In this document: piece after piece, positions 32,511 to 44,654 of the stretch
Layout of the letters: each line of letters starts with the position of its first letter
Numbering within the stretch: position 1 is the first letter of the stretch
Source of the DNA: a virus
Taxonomy: Duplodnaviria; Caudoviricetes
IMG/VR virus record: IMGVR_UViG_3300022871_000776
Span: 1 to 47,163 of that record
DNA length: 47,163 bases
Reading direction: 5' to 3' (one strand)
Made by a program: the position numbers and the translations under genes
Notes under the pieces: model-generated
The model's input: only the letters and a program-made list of their open reading frames with translations
Databases searched by the model: none
Told to the model about the DNA's origin: nothing

Positions 32511-32820
32511 AACCACTACCTGCCCTCCAACATTAACGTCTCCAAATAATAATTACTCGATTGGAACTGGCTATCCTGTACCGACTCTCGCATGAACGTC
32601 TGTATATGAAACATTTGATATACAGATGGCATACGATGGCCAATTTAGTAATGAAATGATACAACAAGAAGACCTTGAAGCTCACCTTATAGATGCAGCC
32701 ACAATGATGCCTGTAGGATGGCTTCTTAATAGCACTATATTTTGGTGGAGAGTTAGGGCAATAAATAACAATGAAGATCGGGGCGAATGGTCGGTACCGA
32801 GATATTTTCAACGACAATAA
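32500..32820 (+). CDS. FN3-like domain lacking its own start; probable frameshifted continuation of 31542-32510
   Basis: PPTLTSP, PTLA-W, WWRVRAIN, GEWS; lies in the +1 frame. Confidence 0.5.
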
Positions 32821-32830
32821 GGAATAAATT

Positions 32831-33085
32831 ATGGAAGAAACAAAAAAGTTAATATCTAAAAATGATGAAGAAATTCTTGATAAGGCAATATCATTAAACG
32901 AATATCCAATAAGTGATGATGAAATTCTTGATATAACAATAGAAATGCATGTTTATGATTTGTCGGATAATAAAATAGCATCCGTACATCAAGTTCCAGA
33001 TGATACATGAGAATTATATAATGGGCAAACTGAAGTAATAATAAATACTCAAAGAGTGACTAATACACCGGTTCAATTAACATAA
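32831..33085 (+). CDS. hypothetical virion protein (TGA=Trp)
   Basis: AGGA RBS; IEMHVYD. Confidence 0.55.
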
Positions 33086-33096
33086 AGGAATAAGTA

Positions 33097-36000
33097 ATGG
33101 CCAACAACAGAATTAGAATTAATTACAAAGAAAATTTAGACAGAATAGACCTAACATCTGGTCAGTTTAAACTATTGTTTAATATTTATCAAAATGTATT
33201 AGGGTCAAATACTGGTGATAGAATTTATATAACAGAAATTTCTCCATCCAGAACTGAAATAAAAGTTAAGTTAGTTGATGACGCAAGTACAACTCAATGA
33301 GATTCTTTTGGTGAAATTACTGACCAAGCAGATAAGATTGGAAACTATGTAGCAAACTTTGGTAACAATAATACAATTTTAATTACTAATTGAGTTTATG
33401 ATGGTAATGGTGATTTAATATTTAAGTTATACGAACCACTATTTGACGAATTCGAAACAAAAAGCCAACTTTGGATTTCAGAACTTATTGCAGAACAAAT
33501 TAAAGATACCGTTATTGTATCTGAACCAGCACAAGAAGAAGATTACAATGTTTTATCTGCACCAAACTTTAATATTACTGTCAATCAGGTTGTTGAGAAT
33601 GATACTGGTTTTCAAACTTGAAATGATGTATTGACAACTAATACAGATACGTCAAATAGTTTAATTGATAAATATTTTAGTCAAAGTTTTTATGATAGTG
33701 CAGAATTAAATATTGATTTTTCTGATTATGATAAATTTGTTCACTTTGGAAGTGCTCAAGAAAAATTAGATAACTTTGTATATAAATTAGGATTAATAGA
33801 GACATACAATACGAGAAGTGCCGTTCTTACTGATTTAAGTGCATCAACTGCTATTACAAGCGAAATAAGTCAAGTTGAATTAAACAAGAGGAAAGTAATA
33901 AATGGATTCGATGGCTATGAGAAATATTTATATTATGAATCATCATCAAATTCAACAATCGATAGAGAATATAATTTATCAAGTTCAACAGATTATACTT
34001 ATGCTACTAGTTGGCCAAAGAGTGGAAGTTGGCATTCACAAACATTATTGCCAACAACATCATCCGAAGCAATTGACTGGTACCAAAGTCAGTCAATGCG
34101 GGCTACAGAGTTTGATAACTTAAATTTACATAAATTAATAAATACAATACCAAACTATATAAAATATGACGTTTATAATGATGAGTATATATTGTTCGTA
34201 AATATGATGGGACATTTCTTTGATAATATCTGAACTTATATTAACGGGTTTAATGACTTATATACACGTGAGAATGATATTAGTCTCGGACTTTCTAAAG
34301 ACTTAATATACGATTCATTAGAAGCATTAGGAATAAAATTAAACAGTGGCAACAACCTGATTGATTTGTGAAAGTACGAATTCGGGTATGATTCAACTGG
34401 AAGTTATCTAAACACAGGTAGCGAATTTAAGTCAATTTCAAATAAAAATATCACAGTTGAAATTTGAAATAGAATATTAAATAACTTACCATACTTATTA
34501 AAAACAAAAGGTACAAAAAGAGGTATTCAAGCATTAGTAACTTGTTATGGAATTCCTTCGACAATATTAGACATTTATGAATATGGCGGACCTTCCGAAA
34601 CAGGTTCTGATTGAAATACAGAGCGACAAATTGAAGTATTTGATTATTCATTAGGAATAAGTGGTTCTGAATATATTACGGGTAGTTGGCCAGGTAATAT
34701 TGATACAGCAGAATTGAGAATAAATTTCTCATCAGCGTATAACACGAAAGAAGACAGGCAATCAATTTTCAAAGTTGGTACTACAGAAATATATGTTTCG
34801 AAATCTGGCACAGACGGCGTTATCATAGCAAGTGATTCAAGCAATATTATGAGTTCAAGCGAATTAAGATTATTCGATGGTGATTTTTGGAATATTATGC
34901 TTTTGTCTGGTTCAACGAATCAATTGTATGTTAAAAAATATAAAGATGGAGAAATGATATACTCAAGTAATGCTTCCAATGCTCTATTCTCATTAAATGA
35001 TTTTGCAACCGCAGGCTCATTTACTCTTGGAAGCGGTTCGTCTGATATTGCAATGCAAGAAGTTAGATTTTGAAATTCCCCAATTACAGAGAATGATTTT
35101 ATTGAACACGCAAAATCGCCAAAATCCATACGTATAACTGATGGCAGCCCATATGATAATTTAGAGGCAAGATATGCGTTTGATAGCCCTGCCAATTTAA
35201 ATGTATCGACTTCAATATATGATTCAAGGCCTAATCAAGTGGGTAGAAATATAATTACAGCAAGCGGGTATAGTTCAACTACATCTTACCCATATAATTA
35301 TACTGCGACATCAAGCATGGCAACGCCATTGATGCCAAGCATTGGATATAATGTTGTCGCAAACAAAACAAGAGTTGAAAATAATTATTTACTTACAAGT
35401 ATGAGTTTGCAACCTGATGTTAGAAGTGAAGTTAGAGCGTATGATTATGCACCTTTAGACTCACCAAGAGTAGGTGTATTTTTCTCACTAACAAACCTTA
35501 TTAATGAAAGAATAGTTGAGGTATATTCTAATACAAATTACGACGATTATATTGGCGACCCAGCAGATAAGTTTAAAAACTATTACCCTAAGTTAAGAGA
35601 AATAAACGAAGATTTTTGAGAAAAATATGCTCCTACAATGAGTTTCAACGACTACCTTTCATACATTAAACATTATGATATGTCATTGTTTGACACGATT
35701 AGAGATAACTTGCCAGCAAGGGCACAAAAACAAGTTGGTGTATTGATTGAGCCGCATATACTTCAAAGAAGTAGAGTTCCAATAACACCAAATCCAACTT
35801 GAGAAGATTTATATCATTCTGGTTCAATTTCCGCAATTAAATTCCAATTAACAGATAGTGAAATATCATCGTATAATACACTTACATCTGGAAGCGAATT
35901 CAAAGCAACCGTTAATGCAGAATTCTTAACATATTATTGTTCAGATACAGGTAGTGCGAAAGTATTCACAACAGAATTGCCAAATATTTATATGTCATTT

Positions 36001-36333
36001 ACGCCGTGGCATATTCTTTCTAATGGCGATATACAATCATTTCCAACTGGTTCGCTGATTATGCCACCTATGGTTTATCCAAAATGTAGTTTTATGACAG
36101 CAAGTGGATATACACCTTATTCAAGTAGTGATTCAAGTTCGCTATTTTATAGCGAAAATAATTATGTTTTAAATAGTGATAGGTCATTGGGGTTTTTAAG
36201 ACCAAGATATATTGGATGTTTGCAAACTATATATACAACTTTAGATGGCAAAGCGCCTGTTGAAATAAGCATAACATCAGATAACAAATTAATTACACAA
36301 GATGGTGGGGACATTAATCTTATTGTAAGATAA
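33097..36333 (+). CDS. large baseplate/tail structural protein, about 1078 aa (TGA=Trp)
   Basis: EISPSRTEI, FVHFGSA, MMGHFFDNI-W, NNLPYLLKTKGT...CYGIP; five track ORFs in one frame. Confidence 0.75.
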
Positions 36334-36445
36334 AAATATAAGTATAATTAAGATAATTAGATAAAATGTTCTTAAAAAAATAATATGTAAATATTTATTA
36401 GAAAGAGTGTAGTTTCTAATTTACAAAAAATATGGAGAAAAAATT

Positions 36446-37105
36446 ATGGCAATAATTAATGGAGATTCAAGTACTGTTGTAGTAGATGCGGTATTAACAA
36501 AAAAAGGAAGAGAATTGCTTGCACAAGGTAAAGAATATTTCAAAATTACCAAATATGCTTTTGCTGACGATGAAGTCGATTATTCTTTATGAGATTCAAG
36601 CAACGAACAAGGCTCAAATTACTATGGTATAAAAATTGAGAACTTACCATTAATGGAAGCAAGTACAGATGGCAATTTGTCAATGCGTAATAAATTAATT
36701 ACGTTAAACAAAGACCAAACGAGAGTATCAGTATTGGCTGGCTTGAGTAGTACTATAAACTTAAATGGCAATCAGGAATCAACAATCACACCTGGAACAA
36801 ATTCTGGCGTAGATGACCAAACTGGTTATACAATTACACTTTTTGATTCTACTGCCGCAAGTATTGAGGCATCTGGAATTGCAGGGCACGAAGGTCTTGT
36901 TTCGTCAAGTGGTGTTGTAACAACGTTAACGGCAGTTGGAACTTCGTTTAGAATTATAGCAAAAAATCAAGCTTCTTTAAAAACAACTACAATTGCAATT
37001 CAAGGAAACGAATCAGGCGCAACATTCATTATTACATTGACTGTTAATGCATTAGAAGTATTGCCTGATGGTACAGTTAATACTGGACAAACTAGTGGTA
37101 TATAA
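36446..37105 (+). CDS. conserved virion structural protein (TGA=Trp)
   Basis: VDAVLTKKGRELLA.G...ITKYAFADDEVDYSL-W. Confidence 0.7.
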
Positions 37106-37135
37106 ATGAGATTTAATATAAATAGGAGATGATAA

Positions 37136-38194
37136 ATGGCATTAACAGAAACAGGCAACCAAGAAGCTGTAACAAATGTTATAGATGGTAATGGTGTATA
37201 TAATTACTTTAATGAAGAGGACGATATAGTCCTTGGTGGCAAACAAACAGTAACAGAAGGATTTTTTACAAATAATGCTGGCACATTGGAAGCGTTTTAT
37301 ACTTCATCTGCTCAAGCAATTTTAAGTTCATCACGTTATTATTTAGATGTGTATCAAACAGGAAGTTCTGATAGTGGGGCGGAAGTACAATTCGACATTT
37401 CGTATGCAAAATATGGCGGCATAGGCGAAGCAGACCCTTCGTGGGAAAATACATATTCGGCATCAGATGCGGTTTACAGACAATACGCAAGTATTTTGCT
37501 TCCAACAAGCGAAAGTAAATTTACATTTGCTGATGGCGATACAAAAGATGAAGTTCTTATTGTTAACTTCAAAAGAGATAAATTGAAAGAAGGATTACAG
37601 AAAGGATATTGGCAATTAAATTTGTCAGGAAGTAATACCTCAGGAAGTAGTCTGATTGATGAAAGTAGAGAGTCAAGCTATGGCACCGTTGCTGTTGGTG
37701 CGGGTGTTGGCGAAGCTTATTATATTGTTAGTGGAACGGTTGGGGCAAGTGGGGAAAGATTTGAAACTGCTACCGCCCACCCATACGGTATAGCTTATCC
37801 GGATTTAGGTATTTTAGTATTGAATGGCACTCAAGTGTCGGAATCACTTGATATAACTTGAGCAGGAACTACAACTGCAAGAAATAAACAATTCTTTGGT
37901 GCAATTGAATCAGGTTCGTATTTCAGAGTAAAAAATGAAGAAGAACTTTCTTCAGCACATTATTTTGTAAGAGCGAAAAATAAAAAATATAACTTCAGTA
38001 ATAATGCAACATGGATAACTGGTTCAAATGGAGTTATTAAACATACTGATATGTGGAATGACCCTAAAGTATATATTACAACTGTTGGATTATATAATGA
38101 TAATAATGAATTGTTAGCGACCGCAAAATTAAGTAAGCCAGTACAAAAAAGTTTTGATAGAGAATTATTGGTAAAAGTTAGACTTGACTATTAA
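37136..38194 (+). CDS. virion structural protein (TGA=Trp)
   Basis: C-terminal YITTVGLYND..ELLATAKLSKP...VRLDY. Confidence 0.7.
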
Positions 38195-38207
38195 AGGATG
38201 GTATGAG

Positions 38208-38321
38208 ATGTATATAAAGAAAAGTACAATTAAATGGATAATTATGGGAATTGTAGTGTTAGGAATTTGCGTATCGATTGTATGCGGTGGTGTTCTTGAC
38301 TTAACAACAATATTTCATTAG
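38208..38321 (+). CDS. small membrane peptide
   Basis: 37 aa with a single hydrophobic helix. Confidence 0.4.
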   Translation: MYIKKSTIKWIIMGIVVLGICVSIVCGGVLDLTTIFH

Positions 38322-38331
38322 GAGAAAGAAA

Positions 38332-38532
38332 ATGAAAAAATCAGAAATTAAGAAAATGATTAAGGAAGAAATGAAAAATCTTAATGAGATGGGTACAACA
38401 GATATGGAAGGCAGAATGACTTTAACAAAAAAAGGATGTGCAGGTGATTGAGAAAACATATGTCAAATGACTGATGCTCCAATAAAGGCAAAAATAATTA
38501 ATATAAGATTTGAAAAAGTAAAATATCAATAA
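38332..38532 (+). CDS. MKKSE-leader protein (TGA=Trp)
   Basis: MKKSEIKKMIKEEMKNLNE. Confidence 0.65.
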
Positions 38533-38562
38533 TAAAAATAATAGGCAAGAGGAAGATGTGTA

Positions 38563-39411
38563 ATGTATAAAGGACAGATTTATAAAACTTTAGAGCAAGG
38601 AGATTACACAACCACGCCTTTTTTTGCCTATAAAAACTGGACATTTACAGATAGTGACATATACAAATCGCCAATCGATACAGGTTCTTGGATTCAATTA
38701 CTATATGGAAAATATTACTCTACAGAAATTAATGACATATCAACAGAGCCAACCAATTCAAACGGAATGTTAAAGCGTTCTGTTTATGACCTTATAAATA
38801 AAATTTACTATGCAAGTTCGTCGAACCAATATGAAACATTTGGCGAATGAAATCTAGGGCTTACAACTTACGATCTAAAATCAGAATTTACCTATATTGG
38901 CATTCCTAATATTAAATTTGGAGATGAAATAAGAACAGGTTCATTTTCAATTACATCAGGGTCACATACAATAATAGATGATGGCTATGGTAACTTAACT
39001 TCTGCTAGCGTACATATCGGAAATATCTTTTATAAAACAGGCGACATTGTTCTTACAAATACCGGTAGTGATGTTTATACCGATATAAGCGAAAGTTATT
39101 TCGAAACATTAAGTTATAGAGGCAAAATCAAAATATATGAGAACATAGTCTTTTGCTCAATAAATAGAGGCGAATTAACAATGACACTTAATGACACTGC
39201 GTATTCAGGTTCCAGAGTATATAATACAGTTGTTAGCGGTAGTGGTTTGCCTATCGATTCAATTTTAAGTTCAAGTGAATGAAATCCTTACATTACAACA
39301 ATAGGACTATATGATGATGAACATAATTTGTTAATAACAGGCAAGTTAGCAAAACCAGTAATGAATGATAGAAATATAGATATGGGCTTCGTACTGAAGT
39401 TCGACACATAG
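38563..39411 (+). CDS. virion structural protein, C-terminus paralogous to 37136-38194 (TGA=Trp)
   Basis: DDGYGNL, GNIFY, PYITTIGLYDD..NLL..GKLAKP...KFDT. Confidence 0.7.
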
Positions 39412-39424
39412 GAGAAAATATAAA

Positions 39425-39667
39425 ATGAAAAAATCAGAAATTAGAGAAATGATTAAAGAAGAGATGTTGAAAGAGGGCGATGATAATGCGACCGGACTAT
39501 ACCTAGTAAATTTGCAATTAAGCTTATTAAAAAAGAATGTAGCCAAACTTAAAAAAGCAGTTAGCAAAGGCGATAGAGTTATAACAGCAAAAGATATTGA
39601 GATAAAAAGCATTAAAGAAAATGCGGAAAAATTATTGAAGTCATTGAGTGATGGAGCTTATTGGTAG
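39425..39667 (+). CDS. MKKSE-leader protein
   Basis: MKKSEIREMIKEEMLKE-G. Confidence 0.7.
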   Translation: MKKSEIREMIKEEMLKEGDDNATGLYLVNLQLSLLKKNVAKLKKAVSKGDRVITAKDIEIKSIKENAEKLLKSLSDGAYW

Positions 39668-39677
39668 GAGACAAAAA

Positions 39678-39941
39678 ATGAAAAAATCAGAAATAAGACA
39701 AATGATTAAAGAAGAGATGTTGAAAGAGGGCTCCGAATATAAAACATTAATGAAGGACCTATATACTGTATACAAACAATCATTACCAAAAATATCTAAT
39801 ATGATGGAAAAAGAATATCAGAAGCTTTATAAGAAATATCCAAATATAGAAAAAGATGAGTTTATTGAAGCAATCTATGGTGTATTAGACAAGAATAATA
39901 TTGACGAAACAATGCTTTGGGCAACATGGTTTCCAAAATAA
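39678..39941 (+). CDS. MKKSE-leader protein
   Basis: MKKSEIRQMIKEEMLKE-G; AGGAG RBS. Confidence 0.7.
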   Translation: MKKSEIRQMIKEEMLKEGSEYKTLMKDLYTVYKQSLPKISNMMEKEYQKLYKKYPNIEKDEFIEAIYGVLDKNNIDETMLWATWFPK

Positions 39942-39958
39942 TATCGGAGAGGTATAAG

Positions 39959-40297
39959 GTGAAAAAATCAGAATTAAGATTAATAATAAGAGAAATGGTT
40001 GTAGGCAAAAAACAAGCATTAAAAGAAGATAAAGAGCAAAAGTTTTGAAGTGAAATTTTTGATTTTTTAGAGAAGCAAATGCCAAATTATGACTCTAAAA
40101 AAATTAAAGATTATAATAAAGCGGCGAAGTTGATTGTTAAGCATATAGGTATGTCGTCAAATGTTGCTATGAAAATTTTAATAGATTATAATAATTATAA
40201 AGATAATCAAAGTACGAAAGAGCAAGCTATTAAAAACATAATTAAACTTGTACAAAAATATAAAAATATAAGAAAAAGTAACATAGGGAAAATATAA
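39959..40297 (+). CDS. MKKSE-leader protein, GTG start (TGA=Trp)
   Basis: MKKSELRLIIREMV...ALKE. Confidence 0.65.
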
Positions 40298-40364
40298 AAT
40301 AAAAATACTTGTGGGTAGAGATTATTATTATGCACCACATTTTATGGAAGATAGGAGAAAATAA

Positions 40365-40565
40365 ATGAAAAAATCAGAAATCAGAACTATGATCGTAGAA
40401 GAATTAGAAATATTAAATGAAAGTGAAATTGACCAAGCTAAAGCCGCCCTTAAGAGGTTTTCGAAAGGCAAAGCTTTGGTGCGTGATATATCCGACGACA
40501 CAATAGCAATAGCAACAGGTGGTAAATATTCCGTAAAAGTTAAAATTTTAGGTTTTGACAAATAG
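40365..40565 (+). CDS. MKKSE-leader protein
   Basis: MKKSEIRTMIVEELEILNE. Confidence 0.7.
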   Translation: MKKSEIRTMIVEELEILNESEIDQAKAALKRFSKGKALVRDISDDTIAIATGGKYSVKVKILGFDK

Positions 40566-40575
40566 GAGAAAATAA

Positions 40576-40893
40576 ATGGATAATTTAGAATTTCAAAAAT
40601 TATTACAAGAGCAAAGGGCAAAAGTAAATATAATAGGCGAAGAGTTAAAAGCGACCTTCGTCAAACTAACAGAAGGAGCAAAATTTCCAACTGGTGGATT
40701 TCAAAAATTCTTTGAAAATAGATTAAAGAAGACTGGTTATTATGACGATGCCAAAGAGATTAAAAGCGAAGCAAAAGATGCTATTAGTACTATGAAGTAT
40801 GATATGAAAAATGGTGATACTTTATATGAAGCATTTAATAAAGCATGTAGAGATTTGTATATTGACCCAGATGGTATAGAGAAATATATTTAA
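40576..40893 (+). CDS. hypothetical protein (candidate head cargo)
   Basis: AGGAG RBS; KLTE-G. Confidence 0.65.
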   Translation: MDNLEFQKLLQEQRAKVNIIGEELKATFVKLTEGAKFPTGGFQKFFENRLKKTGYYDDAKEIKSEAKDAISTMKYDMKNGDTLYEAFNKACRDLYIDPDGIEKYI

Positions 40894-40919
40894 GTTAAAA
40901 ATTAGGAGGAAATATACAA

Positions 40920-41738
40920 ATGGATATCAAACATTCAACTTGTTTTTGAATTACTCCAAATGGCAGAATTATCCCATCAGGTATAACGCATATAGCGGCG
41001 ATTATAGGAAATCCAAAATTGTTTGGAACATCTAGCGCGAAAATTAGAGCTACATATGAAAAACATAATGAACTAATGGGGACTGAAGGAGAAGCAAGGC
41101 TTGAGATTATTAAAAAATTAATACTTAAAAATTGAATAAGAGTTAGAAATTATAAACGCCAAGGGACATGAACAATAAATGTACCTAAACTAACAAAGAA
41201 TATAAAAGATTATATACAAGCATTCGCACAAGAAATTATCAATGCTACTGAAGACAAATATAGTAAAGTTTATATTGACACGCCAAAGAGTAGGAAGTGA
41301 TATTCTATGGAATCTTTGGCACACGATATATTATATGAGGAAATAAAAATGAATATTAAATTTACAAAACTTATTACGGAAGGTATTTCAAATGACGATA
41401 TAAACCAATATCTTATAACGGCATTGTGGAGTTCAAACGATGATGACGGAAACCCACTTGATGATAATTATGGAATTAATGATTGCTCAAAAAAGGTAAA
41501 GTCAGAAGCTAAAAAGGATTTGACTAAATTTTATCAAAAAGCAAAATCTATTCTTGAGGATAAAGATAGCAATTACGATGGTGATTGGCGTCATGATTTT
41601 TGACTTACAAGAAACGGGCATGGTGCTGGATTTTGAGATGATGGTGGCGAAGATGGCGACAAGTTATCAAAGATTACAGATAAATTTGGGGAAGTTAGTT
41701 TATACGTTGGCGACGACAGCGAAATACACCAGATATAA
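40920..41738 (+). CDS. two-domain phage protein with internal in-frame start at 41349 (TGA=Trp)
   Basis: F-W-ITPNG...W-IRVR; then TALWSS...HDF-W-LTRNGHGAGF-W-D. Confidence 0.7.
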
Positions 41739-41740
41739 AA

Positions 41741-42139
41741 ATGAAAAGATATAGCTTTATAAAGTTATTAGAAAAAACAGACGTTGGTGTACTTCAGAAA
41801 AAAATCAATATTGTTATGGATGTTGATAAGACTGACCACGCAATAGAAAGGCAGTCCAGACACGAGGACGAAACTGGTAAAGTAATAACAGATAAAGAAA
41901 TTAAAGCAACGATTGATGCGGCTTTGCCAAAAATAGTTAATCAATTACTTCAGAATATGATTAATGTTGGGCATAAAATTATAATTAAAAATACAAAAAG
42001 TAGTTTAAATGTTGTTGTTAAGCTCAAAGGCAATGCGTCACACCCAAATGAAATTGATTGCGAAGTAATAACCGTAATGGTTTTGGCTAAAAAGTTTGGG
42101 ACCAAATCAAAGACGCCAGTAATTAAGGTATCGGTGTAA
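41741..42139 (+). CDS. hypothetical protein (leader MKRYSFIKLLE)
   Basis: HAIERQSRH, LNVV, VITVM. Confidence 0.65.
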   Translation: MKRYSFIKLLEKTDVGVLQKKINIVMDVDKTDHAIERQSRHEDETGKVITDKEIKATIDAALPKIVNQLLQNMINVGHKIIIKNTKSSLNVVVKLKGNASHPNEIDCEVITVMVLAKKFGTKSKTPVIKVSV

Positions 42140-42202
42140 TGAAATATAATTTTATAAAATCGCTTTTAGTGATATTTATATAAGAAGTTAGGAGAAATAG
42201 AA

Positions 42203-43423
42203 ATGAAAATATATAAATTTATTAATTTATTAAATGAGAAAGCCCTTAAAGGATATTCACTAACAATGATGCCAAAAATTGGCGATAAAGTTGAAATGAA
42301 AGCATCTAACGGTGGTACACAAGGTACGGTGTATCAGGTTGCTACAGGCGGGCATACATTCAAATTAGAAGATGAATACGGAAACAAAAATAAAAAAGAT
42401 TTCAATACAAAAGACTTTAAGAAAGCTAAAATAATCAGAAAAGAAATTAAAGAAGAGATAGCTCCATATTTTGAAATTGAGTATTATGATAATAGTGGCG
42501 GGCATGGTGGAATTGGCAATGTTAAAACATTTAAGCAAGCATATTCAAAAGCTCAACAACTTTACAATCGTGAAAAGAAATCTGGCATTAAAAATGGCGA
42601 TACTGGATATATTGGCATAGGCAGTAATACAGATAAGTTTGCAATATTTTACGTTGATGATGATTATATTAATATGATTGATAGTAGTTGGTTTAATAAT
42701 TCAAAAGATATGAAAACTTTCAAAGATGCCGCTCTAAAATACAAAAAGACTGGTAAGCCACAAATTGGTGATTTTGGGACTAAAAAGGAAATCAAAGAAA
42801 GCGCATATGAAAATTGGGTTGGTAAAAATAAACTTACAAATAACAAATACGCACATCAATTATTTCAGCAATTATTGCGCAAACATAAAAGTGTTAGTAA
42901 ATTTCCAGATGTTGTACAAGGGAAAGGTGATAAAGACTTTTTGGTAAAAGAAGGCAAAGCAATTTATGTTGTAGATGAAAGACATGTTGGCAAATTTATA
43001 ATTATTATGATGCAAGATCCAAGAACAAGCACAATGCGTAGTGCAATTTTAAAAAAGAATAAAGTTAATAAATATAATAGAAACAAACAAGAAGACATAG
43101 ATAAGCTTTGAGCTTTAGCAACAAAATATAAAGGCAAAGAGATTACAGAAGGCAAATCCGATTATGAAGTTTACCATGACACATACGGCAGTGCAATCGA
43201 TGAGATTGAAAAGTATGCAAATAAAAAAAATTATGTTATAGATGAAGATGATTTTTCAAACGCATTTACGGATGCATTTTTCAAGCCTAAGAAAGGTAAA
43301 TCATATAGGTCAGATTTAACTTTATATAAGAATGATAAAAAGCAGAAGAAAGCACTACATACGCAAATATATAATCGTGATACTGATAGTAATCCATTTG
43401 AATTAAACATATATATTAATTAA
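42203..43423 (+). CDS. multi-domain candidate internal head polyprotein (TGA=Trp)
   Basis: Leader ...LLNE; internal KEIKE, KEIKE and KEITE junctions; reads through TGA 43109. Confidence 0.7.
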
Positions 43424-43435
43424 AGGAATAAAGAA

Positions 43436-43816
43436 ATGAAAAAACATAATTTTGTAAAACTTATTAAAAATATAATTAAAGAAGAAACATTAAAATTATC
43501 TAATGGTGATACAATTCAAAAGCCAATTTCAAATATTTCTAAAATAAATGGTTTAAGTGCTGATGACTTTCTAAAGCATATTGGGGACTGAATGCAATGA
43601 GATTGGCAGTATAGAAATTCGCCCGCAACGTACAAAGGCTCTGGCACTCATCAATCCTTTAGTAAAACACAAAATAAAAATTATGAGGGCTCTGAGATAG
43701 AAATTATTACATTAAAGGGGAAAAAATTTACTGTGAAGAAAGGCGGTAAGGTTGTTTTAACTGGCAAGATGAATGACAAAGGACTTGCAAATAAGATATA
43801 CGGGGCAATAAAATAA
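43436..43816 (+). CDS. hypothetical protein (leader MKKHNFVKLIKNIIKE) (TGA=Trp)
   Basis: Two TGA; TAATG coupling to the next gene. Confidence 0.6.
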
Positions 43817-44133
43817 TGAAAAAAACAACAGTTAGAGAAATGATTAGAAGTATGATTAAAGAAATGTTAGTAGAAACTTCAGATGATATTGGCCTTAATG
43901 ACGTTCGAAGAAAGGGGCAAAGTCTTAAATTAAGAATTCAAACATCGAATGTAAGTTGGGGATATGCGGCAACAGTTTTTGACTTAAAAAGTAATTTATC
44001 AACCAAAGGAAATGTTTTTTCTAAAAGTCCTGAATTTGATGATTTTTCAAAACGTCTTAAAAAATTACGTGCTTTCGTTGGCAAAAACAAAGTGGTGTTT
44101 AAGGGAAATAAAGTTACTGGATTACAAAAGTAA
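43816..44133 (+). CDS. MKKSE-like leader protein
   Basis: MKKTTVREMIRSMIKEMLVE. Confidence 0.65.
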   Translation: MKKTTVREMIRSMIKEMLVETSDDIGLNDVRRKGQSLKLRIQTSNVSWGYAATVFDLKSNLSTKGNVFSKSPEFDDFSKRLKKLRAFVGKNKVVFKGNKVTGLQK

Positions 44134-44654
44134 TGAAAGATATTAAAAGGGATGGCAAGTTTTTTGTTGTTAAAAATAGAGTCGCATTAAAAAGTTTAAA
44201 GTCTGTTCCTGATGATTCTTTTATAATAGTTGGTGGTACTCTTGTTCATGTATTATTTAATAAAAGTGGTAGCGATGCAATATACTCAAAAGTATCAAAT
44301 GCTAAAACGCATAAAGCAATTATAGTTGCCAAATGACCGTTTTATATACAACAGTTTTTGTTAGATATAGAAAAAGAAAATATAAAGGAAAATAAAATGA
44401 AAAAATCAGAAGTTAGAACAATGATTGTTGAAGAGCTTACTCAACTTAATGAGAAAAGATTTCCCGCCAAAGCAATGGATTACAATAAAGTAAAAGACCC
44501 TGACAGATTCTGAAAATGGACTATAAAACAGGCAAAAGATTCTGCTGGATTATCTTGGGGAAGGCAAACCGATGTGGGCGATTTAATTATGTGATTGAAT
44601 ATGGCGGCAACGAGATGAAACGATTACGATGCAGACAAAGGGAAGAAAAGATAA
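44133..44654 (+). CDS. hypothetical protein fused in frame (through TGA 44334) to an MKKSE-leader gene starting at 44397
   Basis: No TAA/TAG between 44133 and 44652; AAGGA RBS before ATG 44397. Confidence 0.55.
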
